DNA from: Nocardioides sp.
GTDB lineage: Bacteria; Actinomycetota; Actinomycetes; Propionibacteriales; Nocardioidaceae
Assembly: GCA_041914085.1 (NCBI GenBank)
Contig: JAYSEC010000001.1
Coordinates: 3,182-51,391, forward strand
Direction: 5' to 3'
DNA length: 48,210 nucleotides
The notes under the pieces are model-generated. The model was not told the origin of the DNA and searched no databases. It saw only the letters and a list, made by a program, of their open reading frames with translations. Below are positions 28,327-38,813 of this stretch, one piece after another (position 1 is the stretch's first letter; every line of letters begins with the position of its first letter). The position numbers and the translations under genes are program-made.

Positions 28327-29319
28327 TCAACTCAGCAGGCGGGCGGCCTCGGAGGCCCAGTAGGTCAGCACCACGTCGGCACCCGCGCGGCGGATCGAGG
28401 TGAGGGTCTCCAAGATGGCGGCCTCGCGGTCGATCCAGCCGTTGGCGGCGGCGGCCTCGACCATGGCGTACTCGCCGGAGATGTTGTAGGCGGCGACCGG
28501 GACGTCGACCACGTCACGGACCCGGCGCACGACGTCGAGGTAGGCGAGGGCGGGCTTGACCATCACGATGTCGGCGCCCTGCTCGACGTCGAGCAGCACC
28601 TCGCGCACGCCCTCGAGGGCGTTGGCGGGGTCCTGCTGGTAGGTGCGCCGGTCGCCGACGAGGGAGGAGTCGACGGCCTCGCGGAAGGGGCCGAAGAACG
28701 CCGAGGCGTACTTCGCCGAGTAGGCCATGATCGAGACGTGGCTGTGGCCGGCTGCGTCGAGGGCCGCGCGGACGACCGCGACCTGGCCGTCCATCATCCC
28801 GCTCGGGCCGACCATGTCGACCCCGGCCGCGGCCTGCGCGAGGGCCATCTCGGCGTACGCCGCCAGCGTCTGGTCGTTGTCGACCTCGCCGTCGGGCGTG
28901 AGCAGACCGCAGTGGCCGTGGTCGGTGAACTCGTCGAGGCAGAGGTCCGACATGACCGTCAGCTGGTCGCCGACCTCGGCGACCACGTCGGTGATCGCGA
29001 GGTTCAGCACGCCGCCCGGGTCGATGCCGCCGGAGCCGGTGGCGTCCTTGTGCTCGGGGATGCCGAAGAGCATGACGCCGCCCAGGCCGAGCTCGGCCGC
29101 CTCGAAGGCAGCCTTCTTGAGCGAGTCGCGCGAGTGCTGGACCACGCCCGGCATCGAGGAGATCGGGCGCGGCTCGTCGAGGCCCTCGCGGACGAACACC
29201 GGCAGCACCAGCGAGCTGGGGTGCACGTGGGTCTCGGCGACCATCCGTCGCAGCGCGGGCGTGCGGCGCAGCCGCCGGGGTCGGACGAGCGGGCCCTGGA
29301 CGTTGGTCTCCTCGGTCAC
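28327..29319 (-). CDS. hemB: Porphobilinogen synthase
   Basis: [35 protein letters not shown]. Confidence 0.96.
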   Translation of the reverse strand: MTEETNVQGPLVRPRRLRRTPALRRMVAETHVHPSSLVLPVFVREGLDEPRPISSMPGVVQHSRDSLKKAAFEAAELGLGGVMLFGIPEHKDATGSGGIDPGGVLNLAITDVVAEVGDQLTVMSDLCLDEFTDHGHCGLLTPDGEVDNDQTLAAYAEMALAQAAAGVDMVGPSGMMDGQVAVVRAALDAAGHSHVSIMAYSAKYASAFFGPFREAVDSSLVGDRRTYQQDPANALEGVREVLLDVEQGADIVMVKPALAYLDVVRRVRDVVDVPVAAYNISGEYAMVEAAAANGWIDREAAILETLTSIRRAGADVVLTYWASEAARLLS

Positions 29320-29347
29320 GGCTCCATCCTTCCCCAGCGGTGGTGGG

Positions 29348-31006
29348 CTACTTCGCGCGGGCCTTGCGCCGCCCGGACGCCGTGCGCTCGCTCGGGCGGG
29401 TGACCGGCTCGCCGGCCTCCAGCATCGCGAGCCGGCGGGTGGCGCCGAAGTCGGCCAGGGCGTCGACCAGGACCTCCACGTCGGGCGTGGGGGCGAGGAC
29501 GTCGACCCGCAGGCCGTGCTCCTCGGCGGTCTTGGCCGTCTGCGGGCCGATCACGGCGATGATCGTCGACGGGTGCGGCTTGCCGGCGATGCCGACGAGG
29601 TTGCGCACCGTCGAGGACGAGGTGAAGACCACGGCGTCGAACTTGCCGGTCTTGATCGCGTCGCGCACCGGCGCCGGCGGCGGCGTCGCGCGCACCGTGC
29701 GGTAGGCGGTGACGTCGTCGCACTCCCAGCCGAGGTCGACCAGGCCGGCCACCAGGTTCTCGGTGGCGATGTCGGCGCGGGGCAGGAAGACCCGGTTGAT
29801 CGGGTCGAGCACCTCGTCGTAGGGCGGCCACTCCGCCAGCAGGCCGGCGGCGGACTGCTCGCCCGAGGGCACCAGGTCGGCACGCAGGCCCCAGGCCGCG
29901 ATGGCCTCGGCGGTCTTGTCACCGACGGCGGCGATCTTCAGGCCCGAGAACGCCCGGGCGTCGAGGCCGTACTCCTCGAACTTCTCGCGCACGGCCTTGA
30001 CCGCGTTGACGGAGGTGAAGGCGATCCACTCGTAGCGGCCCTCGACCAGGCCACGCACGGCCTTGTCCATCTGGAGCGGGTTGCGCGGGGGCTCGACCGA
30101 GATGGTCGGCACCTCCTCGGGCACGGCGCCGTACTCGCGCAGGCGGCGCGAGAGCGAGCCGGCCTGCTCCTTGGTGCGGGGCACCAGGGCGCGCCAGCCG
30201 AACAGCGGCTTGGTCTCGAACCACGACAGCGTCTGGCGCAGGTCGACGACGTCGCCGATGACGGTGATCGCCGGCGGCGCGATGCGCGCGGCGCGGGCGT
30301 CGGCGGCGATGTTGGCCAGCGTGGAGACGAGGGTGTGCTGCTCGGTCGTGGTGCCGACGCGGGTCATCGCGACGGACGTCTCGGGCGAGCGGCCGGCCTC
30401 GATGAGGGCGGCGGCGGTCTCACCGATCGTGCCCACGCCGGACAGCAGCACGAGCGTGCGGTCGTCGGCGTACGCGCTCCAGTCGACCTTGTCGCCGCAG
30501 GTGACGACGGCCATCTCCTTGTGGCGCTTGGTGGTCAGCGGGATGCCGGCGTAGGCCGGGACGGCGCTGACGGAGGACACACCGGGCACGACCTCGAAGC
30601 CGACGCCGGCCTTGACGCACGCCTGCGCCTCCTCGGGCCCGGAGGCGTAGAGGAACGGGTCACCGGTCATCAGGCGGACGACGCGCTGCTTCTTGCCGTG
30701 GCGTACGACGACCTTGGCGCGGGCCGCGTGCGTCAGCGGCTGGCCGTCCTCACCGAAGCCGCCGTCGACGATCTCCGGGCCGTCCCACTGTCCGTCCGGA
30801 CCCTCGACCAGGCCGAGGACCGTGCGGACCAGGTCGACGTGCTCGGGGGCCTCGGTCACGATGACCTCCGCGCCCTGGAGGAGCTCCACGGCGCGCACCG
30901 TCAGCAGGCCCGGGTCACCGGGTCCGCTGCCGACGAACGACACCCAGCCGGGGGTCGCGCCCTGGCCCGTCGTGCCAGTGGCCTGCGGGTTCTGTACTCG
31001 CGTCAT
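29348..31006 (-). CDS. hemD: Fused uroporphyrinogen-III methyltransferase / uroporphyrinogen-III synthase
   Basis: [15 protein letters not shown] and VPGVS in the N-terminal domain; FTSVNAV and FTSSSTV in the C-terminal domain. Confidence 0.9.
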   Translation of the reverse strand: MTRVQNPQATGTTGQGATPGWVSFVGSGPGDPGLLTVRAVELLQGAEVIVTEAPEHVDLVRTVLGLVEGPDGQWDGPEIVDGGFGEDGQPLTHAARAKVVVRHGKKQRVVRLMTGDPFLYASGPEEAQACVKAGVGFEVVPGVSSVSAVPAYAGIPLTTKRHKEMAVVTCGDKVDWSAYADDRTLVLLSGVGTIGETAAALIEAGRSPETSVAMTRVGTTTEQHTLVSTLANIAADARAARIAPPAITVIGDVVDLRQTLSWFETKPLFGWRALVPRTKEQAGSLSRRLREYGAVPEEVPTISVEPPRNPLQMDKAVRGLVEGRYEWIAFTSVNAVKAVREKFEEYGLDARAFSGLKIAAVGDKTAEAIAAWGLRADLVPSGEQSAAGLLAEWPPYDEVLDPINRVFLPRADIATENLVAGLVDLGWECDDVTAYRTVRATPPPAPVRDAIKTGKFDAVVFTSSSTVRNLVGIAGKPHPSTIIAVIGPQTAKTAEEHGLRVDVLAPTPDVEVLVDALADFGATRRLAMLEAGEPVTRPSERTASGRRKARAK

Positions 31007-31974
31007 GCGTGCTGGTTCCTCACTGGTGGTCCCTGTTCATGTGGTGCCGTCATCAGGTCTGCTGCTCCCTCGGCGAGCATCTCGCTCGCGAGGCGTGTGC
31101 CGAGCCCGGCCGCGTCCTCGACCGGTCCGGTCGCGCTCATCCGCACGGAGAGGGCGCCGTCCTCGGAGAGGGCCACGGCGCGCAGCCACAGCTCCTCCCC
31201 GTCCTCGCCCTCGACCACCTCGGCGAGCGCGCCCAGCGGGGCCGAGCAGCCGGCCTCGAGGGTGGCGAGCACCGCACGCTCGGCGGTGACCGCGGCGCGG
31301 GTGGCGGGGTCGTCGAGCAGGGCCAGGGCGGCCACCAGCTCGGTGTCGTCGGAGCGGCACTCGACCGCCAGGGCGCCCTGCCCGGGGGCGGGGAGCATCT
31401 GCAGCGGGTCGAGCACCTCGGTCGCCTCGTCGAGGCGGCCCAGCCGGGACAGGCCGGCCCGGGCCAGGACGATCGCGTCGACCTCGCCGTCGCGGACCTT
31501 GCGGATCCGGGTGTCGACGTTGCCGCGGATGCCCTGCAGCTCCAGCCCCAGGCCGAGCGCCGCGAGCTGGCTGACGCGGCGCGGCGAACCGGTGCCGAGC
31601 CGGCTGCCCACCGGGAGCTCGCCGAGGGTCAGGCCGTCGCGGGCCACCACGACGTCGCGCGGGTCCTCGCGGGTCGGGGTCGCGGCCAGCGCGATGCCCT
31701 CGGCCGGCGTGGTGGGGATGTCCTTGAGCGAGTGCACGGCGACGTCGACGCGCCCGTCGAGCAGGGCGTCGCGCAGGGCGCTGACGAAGACCCCGGTGCC
31801 GCCGAGCGAGGCGAGCGGGGCGGCGCTGCGGTCGCCCTCGGTGGAGACCTCGACGAGCTCGACCTCACGGCCGAGGCGCTCGCGGACCATGTCGGCGACG
31901 TGGCCGGACTGGGTGGTGGCCAGGGCGGACGCACGCGTGCCGAGGCGCAGGGGGCGCAGGGAGGTGTCGGTCAC
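31003..31974 (-). CDS. hemC: Hydroxymethylbilane synthase
   Basis: [42 protein letters not shown]. Confidence 0.96.
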   Translation of the reverse strand: MTDTSLRPLRLGTRASALATTQSGHVADMVRERLGREVELVEVSTEGDRSAAPLASLGGTGVFVSALRDALLDGRVDVAVHSLKDIPTTPAEGIALAATPTREDPRDVVVARDGLTLGELPVGSRLGTGSPRRVSQLAALGLGLELQGIRGNVDTRIRKVRDGEVDAIVLARAGLSRLGRLDEATEVLDPLQMLPAPGQGALAVECRSDDTELVAALALLDDPATRAAVTAERAVLATLEAGCSAPLGALAEVVEGEDGEELWLRAVALSEDGALSVRMSATGPVEDAAGLGTRLASEMLAEGAADLMTAPHEQGPPVRNQHA

Positions 31975-33257
31975 GGCTGCCCCTCCGCCCGCGTCATCGC
32001 GTCGACGGCCTCGGGGTCGAGCCGGAAGAGCTCGGCCAGCGCCGCCGTGTAGGACACCGCGGGCTCCGCGTCGGCGAGCTCCTTGACCCGGACGGTCGGC
32101 TCGTGCAGCAGCTTGTCGGCCACCCGGCGCACGGTCTGCAGCACCTCGGCGCGGGTCGCGTCGTCGAGCTGCGGCAGCCGCGCGGACAGGCGCTCCATCT
32201 CGGCGTCGACGACCGCGGTGGCCATCGAGCGCAGGGCGACGACGGTCGGGGTGACGCTCGCCTGGCGGCGCACGGCGAGGAAGGCCGCGATCTCCTGGCC
32301 CACGATGGTGCGGACGTCGTCCACGCCGGCGGTGGCCTCGAGGCCGCGCAGCTCGTCGGCCAGACCGGCCAGGCTGATCAGCTCCACGCCCGGCAGCTGG
32401 CCCACGGCCGGCTCCACGTCGTGGGGCAGGGCGAGGTCGATGACGGTCAGCGGACGCTCGCTCGCGCCGCGGGCGGTCACCACGTCGGCGAGCCGGACCA
32501 GCGGCTCGGGGGCGCCGGTGCACGAGATGACGATGTCGGCCTCGGCGAGCTCGGTGGCCAGGGCGTCCAGCGGCACGGCAGACGCGCCGTACTCGGCGGC
32601 GAGGCGGTCGGCGTTGGCCGAGGTCCGGTTGAGGACCGCGATCCGGTCGGCCCCTCCCCGGGAGAGGTGGGCGACGGCGAGGGAGGCCATGGCACCGGCG
32701 CCGATGACGGTCGTGCGCGCCCCCGCGACGGGGACGGGGCTGCGCTCGAGGGCCGCACTCACCAGCGACGGCGCGGCGCGGTCGATGTCGGTCTCGGCGT
32801 GGGCGCGCTTGCCCACGCGCAGCGCCTGCTGGAAGAGCGTGTTCAGGGCCGGCCCGATGGTGCCGTGCTCCTGGCCGATCCGGAGCGCGTCACGCGTCTG
32901 GCCGAGGATCTGGCCCTCGCCGACGACCATCGAGTCCAGCCCGGCCGCGACCTGGAAGAGGTGCGACACGGCACCTTCGTCGTAGTGGACGTAGAGGTGG
33001 GGCAGCAGCGCCTCGGTGGACTTCTCGGCACGGGCGACGAGCAGCCCGGAGAGGTCCTCGACGCTGCCGTGGAAGCGGTCGACCTCGGCGTACACCTCGA
33101 GGCGGTTGCAGGTGACGATGGCGGTCGCCTCGCTGACGTGCTCACCGCCCATCACGTCGGCGATCAGCTTGACGGTTCCGTCGGCGTCGAGGGCGAGCTT
33201 CTCGAGGAGCTCGACCGGCGCGGACTTGTGGGAGATCCCCACGACGAGGACGCTCAC
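31971..33257 (-). CDS. hemA: Glutamyl-tRNA reductase
   Basis: [35 protein letters not shown]. Confidence 0.96.
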   Translation of the reverse strand: MSVLVVGISHKSAPVELLEKLALDADGTVKLIADVMGGEHVSEATAIVTCNRLEVYAEVDRFHGSVEDLSGLLVARAEKSTEALLPHLYVHYDEGAVSHLFQVAAGLDSMVVGEGQILGQTRDALRIGQEHGTIGPALNTLFQQALRVGKRAHAETDIDRAAPSLVSAALERSPVPVAGARTTVIGAGAMASLAVAHLSRGGADRIAVLNRTSANADRLAAEYGASAVPLDALATELAEADIVISCTGAPEPLVRLADVVTARGASERPLTVIDLALPHDVEPAVGQLPGVELISLAGLADELRGLEATAGVDDVRTIVGQEIAAFLAVRRQASVTPTVVALRSMATAVVDAEMERLSARLPQLDDATRAEVLQTVRRVADKLLHEPTVRVKELADAEPAVSYTAALAELFRLDPEAVDAMTRAEGQP

Positions 33258-33928
33258 GAGACCACCTCCGATGTGGGCGCGACCGCCTTGCGCTGCTCGT
33301 GGTAGGCGAGGATCTGCAGCTCGATGGACAGGTCCACCTTGCGCACGTCGACGCCGTCCGGCACGGACAGGACGGTCGGGGCGAAGTTCAGGATGCTGGT
33401 GATGCCGGTCGCGACCATGCGGTCGGCCACGTCCTGGGCGGCGACCGCCGGCGTCGCGATCACGCCGATGGAGACGTCGTGCTCGGCGACGATCGACTCG
33501 AGGTCGTCGAAGGAGCGCACCTCGAGGCCGGCGACGACCTCGCTGTGCCGGCTCGGGTCGGCGTCGAGGAGCGCCACCACCCGGAACCCGCGGCTGCGGA
33601 ACCCGGAGTAGTTGGCGAGCGCGTGACCGAGGTTGCCGATGCCCACGATGACCACGGGCCAGTCCTGGGTGACGCCGATCTCGCGGGCGATCTGGTAGCG
33701 GAGGTACTCCACGTCGTAGCCGACGCCGCGGGTGCCGTAGCTGCCGAGGTGGGAGAGGTCCTTGCGCAGCTTGGCGCTGTTGACGCCGGCCGCCGCGGCG
33801 AGCTCCTCGCTCGAGCAGGTCGTCGTGCCGTCGTCGGCGAGGCCGGTCAGGGCACGCAGGTACACGGGCAGCCGCGCGACAGTCGCCTCGGGAATGTCCC
33901 GGGCAGAGTCGGGGGTCCGTGCGGTCAC
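33254..33928 (-). CDS. rex: Redox-sensing transcriptional repressor Rex
   Basis: IPEATVARLPVY, LRKDLSHLG, GTRGVGY, GIGNLG, ILNFAP; GGAGAG SD before GTG. Confidence 0.96.
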   Translation of the reverse strand: MTARTPDSARDIPEATVARLPVYLRALTGLADDGTTTCSSEELAAAAGVNSAKLRKDLSHLGSYGTRGVGYDVEYLRYQIAREIGVTQDWPVVIVGIGNLGHALANYSGFRSRGFRVVALLDADPSRHSEVVAGLEVRSFDDLESIVAEHDVSIGVIATPAVAAQDVADRMVATGITSILNFAPTVLSVPDGVDVRKVDLSIELQILAYHEQRKAVAPTSEVVS

Positions 33929-33985
33929 AGCTTGCTTCTCTCCAGCCAGGTGACGGGGATCGCCTGACCCGGTCACTGTAGGAGT

Positions 33986-34003
33986 TTGTGAACGGGAGAA
34001 CAA
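33986..34003. promoter_or_regulatory. Degenerate Rex operator upstream of rex (autoregulation)
   Basis: TTGTGAA-CGGG-AGAACAA: one perfect half-site and one 4/7 half-site. Confidence 0.55.
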
Positions 34004-34109
34004 AACGCCGACGAGCGGGCTAGCACATGTGAGAAGTCACACCCGCGCCGGGGTCGTCGCGGACTTGCGCGCGGGGTGCCCGAGGGCGTAACCGGGGCGC
34101 GCCGGACGC

Positions 34110-35078
34110 TCACCGCAGCAGCTCGCGCAGCATCCGGTCGGAGGCGAGCAGCGCCTCCGCGTCGTACGTCGACGAGCTCGCCAGCAGCTCGTCGGCGCCG
34201 GTCCGCCCGGCCAGCTCCTCCAGACGCCTCGCCACCGTCGCGGGACTGCCGGCCACGGCCCGGTCCAACGAGGCCTCGACCCGGCGTCGCACCTGGTCGG
34301 GCCACGGGCTGGCGCGGATGGCGGCGACGTCCTCGAGCGGGGGGAACTCGCCGCTGCGCCGGGACCGCGCCATCGCCCACGCCTCGGGGAGCGCGAGCTC
34401 GCGCGCGGTGCGGTCGTCGTCGGCGACGAGCACGTCCAGCGACACCGTCAGCCGCGGCTCGCTGCCGTGGTGCGGGCGGAACGTGCGGCGGTACGCCGAC
34501 AGCGCACCGGGCAGCTCGTCGGAGTCGAGGACCGGCCCCCCGACGACCACGGGGAGCCCGAGGCGGGCCGCGACCTCCAGCCCGCGACCGGTGGCGAGCA
34601 GGTGCATCGGCACCACCCGACCCGTGGCGGGGCGCGCGGTCACCTCGGCGGTGCCCGCGAGGTGCGCGCGCAGCTCGCGGAGGTCGTCCTCGAAGGTGTC
34701 GCCGTCCTCGTGGTCGCGGCGCAGCGCGCGGCGCACCGGCGGGGTGAACCCCAGCGACCGGCCGAGCCCGAGGTCGACGCGGCCGGGGTGCAGCGCGTCC
34801 AGGACGAGGAACTGCTCGGCGACGACCAGCGGCTGGTGCAGCGGGAGCATCACGCCGCCCGACCCGATCCGGATGCGGTCGGTGCGGGCCCCCACCGCAG
34901 CGAGCAGCACGGCCGGCGACCCGGACGCGATCCCCGGGACACCGTGGTGCTCGGCGACCCAGAACCGGTCGTAGCCGACCTGCTCCGCGTGCACGGCCCG
35001 GGCCACGGTGGCAGCGAGGGCGTCGCCGTCGGGGACGCCGTCGCGGGTCCGGGAGCGGTCGAGAAGGGAGAGCCTCAC
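34110..35078 (-). CDS. LLM-class (luciferase-like) flavin-dependent oxidoreductase
   Basis: LSLLD, RFWVAEHH, IGSGGVML, PGRVDLGLGRS. Confidence 0.9.
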   Translation of the reverse strand: MRLSLLDRSRTRDGVPDGDALAATVARAVHAEQVGYDRFWVAEHHGVPGIASGSPAVLLAAVGARTDRIRIGSGGVMLPLHQPLVVAEQFLVLDALHPGRVDLGLGRSLGFTPPVRRALRRDHEDGDTFEDDLRELRAHLAGTAEVTARPATGRVVPMHLLATGRGLEVAARLGLPVVVGGPVLDSDELPGALSAYRRTFRPHHGSEPRLTVSLDVLVADDDRTARELALPEAWAMARSRRSGEFPPLEDVAAIRASPWPDQVRRRVEASLDRAVAGSPATVARRLEELAGRTGADELLASSSTYDAEALLASDRMLRELLR

Positions 35079-35085
35079 GCCCTCC

Positions 35086-35113
35086 TCAACGCCTCAGGCG
35101 CCGAGAGCCTTCC
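35086..35113 (-). promoter_or_regulatory. Putative SigH/SigR-type promoter (leaderless) for the LLM gene
   Basis: GGAAG-N17-CGTTGA ending seven nt before the GTG start. Confidence 0.55.
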
Positions 35114-35333
35114 GCAGCCGCGCCTCGTCGACGCGCCAGAAGTCGTGCTGCCGGCCGTCGACGAAGGTCACCGGGACCTCCTCGCCGAAGCGGTCCTCGA
35201 GGTCGGGGTCGGACTCGATGTCGACCTCGTCGAAGGACTCCCCCAGCTCTGCGCACACCCGGACGACGACCTCACGGGCGTCGTCGCACAGGTGGCATCC
35301 CGGACGGGAGTAGAGCGTGACGCGTGCGCTCAT
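35094..35333 (-). CDS. Glutaredoxin-like protein (DUF836)
   Basis: YSRPGCHLC, EEVPV, HDFWRVD. Confidence 0.88.
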   Translation of the reverse strand: MSARVTLYSRPGCHLCDDAREVVVRVCAELGESFDEVDIESDPDLEDRFGEEVPVTFVDGRQHDFWRVDEARLRKALGA

Positions 35334-35349
35334 CGCCGCTGCTCGCCGT

Positions 35350-36918
35350 TCATTCCAGGATCCCCAGGGCACGACGGCGCTCGATGCCGCGCAGCCGCCC
35401 CTTCTGCACCTTGCCGGTGCCGGTGACCGGCAGCTCCTCCACCACCTCGAGGCGGGTGGGCTGCTTGAACCGGGCGAGTCGCTCGGCCGCGTGCGCGCGG
35501 ACCGCGTCCGCGAGCCCCGTCAGGTCGGCACCGGCGGCAGGGACGACGTAGGCCACCACGGCCTCGCCCGTCTCGGGGTCGGGCACGCCGATGACCGCGG
35601 CGTCCGCGACCCCCTCGACCTCGCGGACCACGTCCTCGACCTCGGTCGGGTAGACGTTGAACCCGCTGACGATGACCAGCTCCTTGACGCGGTCGACGAG
35701 GAACAGGTCGCCGTTGGCGTCGAGGAAGCCGACGTCGCCGGTGGCGTACCAGCCGTCGGCACCGGGTCCGTCGGAGCCGTCGGGCCAGTAGCCGCTGAAC
35801 AGGTTCTCGCCCCGGATCTGGATCTGGCCGGGGTCCTCGCCCTCCACCTGCTGCCACGTCTCGTCGACGAGGCGGATCTCGATGCCGGGCAGGGCGGCGC
35901 CGACCGACCCCGGGCGGCCGTCGCGGCTGCACAGCGTGCTGGTCACGACCGGCGCGGCCTCGGTGAGGCCGTAGCCCTGGTGCACGGGGATGCCGGTGAT
36001 CGCCGTGAACTGCTCGATCACCTGCGGCTCGAGCGGCGCCGAGCCGGAGAGCACCAGCCGGACCGGGCCCAGGCGCTCGCGCAGGTGCTCGTCGGGGAGC
36101 CAGTGGGCGAAGACCGGGGGCGCGATCGGCACGACGCTGCACGCCTCGTCGTCGATCAGGTCGAGCACGGCCTGCGCCTCGAAGTGCTCGACGAGCAGCA
36201 GCCGGGCGCGGTGGCGCAGCACCCCGCCGAGGACGGCGTTGAGGCCGTAGACGTGGAAGAGCGGGAGCACCCCGAGCACGACGTCGTCGCCGTGCATCAT
36301 CGGCGGCTCGACGGAGGCGACCTGCTCGATGTTGGCCAGCAGGGCGCGGTGGCTGAGCATCGCGCCCCGCGGCCGCCCGGAGGTGCCGCTGGTGTAGAGG
36401 ATCGCGGCCAGCTTCTCCGGGTCGGGCAGCGGCGGCACCGGTCGTACGACGTCCGCGCGCAGCGCGTCGAAGGCGAGCTCGCCCTCCCCCGGCGCGGTCC
36501 CGGTGACCACCACCGTCGGGGGCGGGACCCGGGGCTCGGGCAGCTCGGCGAGCTCGTCGAGCGCGGCGCGCACGACCTCCAGCGCGGTGTCGTCGACGAC
36601 GACGAGCCGGGTGCCGGAGTCGGCGATCATCCGGGCGACCTCGCCGGCGCTGGAGCGCGGGTTCACCGGTACGGCGACGACCTGCGCGCGGAGCACGCCG
36701 AGGTAGGCGGTGACGAACTCCACCCGGTTGCCCACGACGATCATCACGCGCTGCCCGGCCCGCACGCCCTGGGTCCCCAGGCCGGTCGCGATGCGTGCGA
36801 CCTCGTCCTCCAGCGCGGCCCAGGTGAGGGTCCGCCCGCCGCTCTCGACGAGGGCCTGCCGGTCGGGCACGTCAGCGGCGGCCTCGGCCACGAGGGCGGA
36901 GATGTCGTTGCGCTGCAT
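35350..36918 (-). CDS. AMP-dependent acyl-CoA synthetase
   Basis: YTSGTSGRPRG, PLFHVYG, SGSAPL, GYGLTE, TGD, GFNVYP, TGKV. Confidence 0.92.
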   Translation of the reverse strand: MQRNDISALVAEAAADVPDRQALVESGGRTLTWAALEDEVARIATGLGTQGVRAGQRVMIVVGNRVEFVTAYLGVLRAQVVAVPVNPRSSAGEVARMIADSGTRLVVVDDTALEVVRAALDELAELPEPRVPPPTVVVTGTAPGEGELAFDALRADVVRPVPPLPDPEKLAAILYTSGTSGRPRGAMLSHRALLANIEQVASVEPPMMHGDDVVLGVLPLFHVYGLNAVLGGVLRHRARLLLVEHFEAQAVLDLIDDEACSVVPIAPPVFAHWLPDEHLRERLGPVRLVLSGSAPLEPQVIEQFTAITGIPVHQGYGLTEAAPVVTSTLCSRDGRPGSVGAALPGIEIRLVDETWQQVEGEDPGQIQIRGENLFSGYWPDGSDGPGADGWYATGDVGFLDANGDLFLVDRVKELVIVSGFNVYPTEVEDVVREVEGVADAAVIGVPDPETGEAVVAYVVPAAGADLTGLADAVRAHAAERLARFKQPTRLEVVEELPVTGTGKVQKGRLRGIERRRALGILE

Positions 36919-36986
36919 GCAGCGATCCTTCCACAGCCCGGGCCGACCCACCGGCCGTTGGCGGGAGCCGCCGCTAGGCTGCGGAC

Positions 36987-37874
36987 GTGACCCCGACCGA
37001 GCGGCCCCGTCGGCTCAACCTCCGGCAGCGGTCGGTGCTCGCCGGCGAGGCCGCGGCGGCCTCGGCCGACGTCGAGCACGCGCTGTCCACGCCCAGCGAC
37101 CCGACCGCCGCGGCGTTCTTCGACGTGGACAACACGGTCATGCAGGGCGCGAGCATCTTCCACCTCGCCAAGGGCCTGCACCGGCGCAAGTTCTTCACCA
37201 CCCGGGAGATCGCCTCGGCGGCGTGGAAGCAGGCCTACTTCCGGGTCGTGGGCGTCGAGGACCCCGAGCACGTGGCGCAGGCCCGCAGCTCGGCGCTGTC
37301 CTTCATCGCCGGCCACACGACCGCCGAGCTCGAGGAGCTCGGCGAGGAGATCTTCGACGAGGCGATGGCGCACCGGATCTGGCCCGGCACCCGCGCCCTC
37401 GCCCAGCTCCACCTCGACGAGGGGCAGCGCGTCTGGCTGGTGACGGCAGCACCGATCGAGATCGCCAGCATCATCGCCCGGCGCCTCGGGCTCACCGGCG
37501 CCATGGGCACCGTCGCCGAGCACGTCGACGGCGTCTACACCGGGCAGCTCGTCGGCGACCTGCTCCACGGCCCGGCCAAGGCCGAGGCGATCCGCGCCCT
37601 CGCGGAGCGGGAGGGGCTCGACCTCGCGCGGTGCTCGGCGTACTCCGACTCCAGCAACGACCTGCCGATGCTCTCGATGGTCGGCGACCCGTGCGCGATC
37701 AACCCCGACGCCCGCCTGCGCGCCCACGCCCGGGCGAACGGCTGGCGGATCCACGACTACCGCACCGGCCGCAAGGCGGCCCGCGCCGGCCTGATGGCGG
37801 CGGCCGTCGCCGGCGCGGTGAGCGGCGCCGTCGCCGCGGGGGTCAGCGTCAGGACGCACCGGCGGCTCTCCTGA
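36987..37874 (+). CDS. HAD-IB hydrolase (SerB-like family)
   Basis: FFDVDNT, VTAA, K, YSDSSND, INPD; TAGGCT -10 six nt before GTG. Confidence 0.9.
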   Translation: MTPTERPRRLNLRQRSVLAGEAAAASADVEHALSTPSDPTAAAFFDVDNTVMQGASIFHLAKGLHRRKFFTTREIASAAWKQAYFRVVGVEDPEHVAQARSSALSFIAGHTTAELEELGEEIFDEAMAHRIWPGTRALAQLHLDEGQRVWLVTAAPIEIASIIARRLGLTGAMGTVAEHVDGVYTGQLVGDLLHGPAKAEAIRALAEREGLDLARCSAYSDSSNDLPMLSMVGDPCAINPDARLRAHARANGWRIHDYRTGRKAARAGLMAAAVAGAVSGAVAAGVSVRTHRRLS

Positions 37875-37884
37875 CCCGCGGTCT

Positions 37885-37899
37885 GTAACTCGTAGTTAC
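37885..37899. promoter_or_regulatory. Palindrome upstream of the bldN-like gene, possible BldD-type operator
   Basis: GTAACT-CGT-AGTTAC inside CCCGCG...CGCGGG; TAACTCGTAGTTA fits 7 of 9 specified positions of TNACNCWGNGTNA. Confidence 0.4.
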
Positions 37900-37966
37900 T
37901 CGCGGGTTCACAGAGTGGCCTGCGCCACTTATCGTGGAGACTGCAGTAGCTGGGAGGGACCACCGC

Positions 37967-38734
37967 ATGCCGCGACAGGAGCTCGGGCGCACGCTCGAGG
38001 AGGGACTCGAGGCGCTTCGGCGCGCAGTCCTGGCTGCGCTCTCCCCGCAGGGTGTGCTGCTCATGGCCGAGGCGGCGGGCGGCACCGGTGGCACGGGTGG
38101 CTCCGGCGGGCCCGGCACGCTCGGCCCGGGCCCGGTCGGCGACGAGGGCTTCGCCGCGTCGTCCGAGGGCGACGAGGCCGAGCGCGAGCGGCTGATCGCG
38201 CTCGTCGAGCTGGCCCGCAGCGGCGACAAGGAGGCGTTCGGCCTCCTCTACGACCACTACCAGGCCTCAGTCTACCGGTTCCTCTACTACCGCACCCGCT
38301 CGCAGACGCTCGCCGAGGACCTCACCTCGGAGACCTTCTTCCGCGCGCTGCGCAGCATGAACAGCTTCCGGTGGCAGGGCAAGGACTTCGGCGCCTGGCT
38401 GATGACCATCGCGCGCAACCTCACCACCGACCACTTCAAGGCCGGCCGCACGCGCCTCGAGATGTCCACCGAGGACATGACGCCCCACGACGACGCGACG
38501 GAGGGCCCCGAGAACGCGGTCATCGCGGGGCTCACCAACGAGGTGCTCCTCAAGGCGCTCACCGAGCTGCCGACCGAGCAGCGCGAGTGCCTCATCATGC
38601 GCTTCCTGCAGGGCCTGTCGATCGCCGAGACGGCGCTGGCCCTCGACCGCAGTGACGGCGCCGTCAAGCAGCTCCAGCTGCGCGGCGTGCGCAACCTGGC
38701 CAAGCTGCTGCCGGAGGGGCTGAGGGACTCATGA
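37967..38734 (+). CDS. bldN: ECF sigma factor, BldN/AdsA-like, with N-terminal extension
   Basis: AEDLTSETF.RALR, WQGKDFGAWL.TIARNL..DHFK, RFLQGLS.AETA closely resemble Streptomyces BldN; same neighbourhood. Confidence 0.8.
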   Translation: MPRQELGRTLEEGLEALRRAVLAALSPQGVLLMAEAAGGTGGTGGSGGPGTLGPGPVGDEGFAASSEGDEAERERLIALVELARSGDKEAFGLLYDHYQASVYRFLYYRTRSQTLAEDLTSETFFRALRSMNSFRWQGKDFGAWLMTIARNLTTDHFKAGRTRLEMSTEDMTPHDDATEGPENAVIAGLTNEVLLKALTELPTEQRECLIMRFLQGLSIAETALALDRSDGAVKQLQLRGVRNLAKLLPEGLRDS

Positions 38735-38741
38735 GCCGGCG

Positions 38742-38770
38742 CGTAACCTCCGGCTCGTCCCGTTCGTTCG
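38742..38770 (+). promoter_or_regulatory. Putative sigma-BldN-type promoter for the anti-sigma gene
   Basis: CGTAAC-N17-CGTTCG between the sigma and anti-sigma genes. Confidence 0.55.
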
Positions 38771-38813
38771 TCTGGGTGGGAGCACCCACCAGATGTGAGA
38801 CAGGACCAGCGCG

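Noticed and set aside
29348-31006. Methyltransferase-HemD fusion as a novelty
   Set aside because: Well-known architecture in Actinobacteria
34087-34115. A third CGTAAC as a BldN-type promoter
   Set aside because: No CGTT at the expected distance and no plus-strand gene downstream
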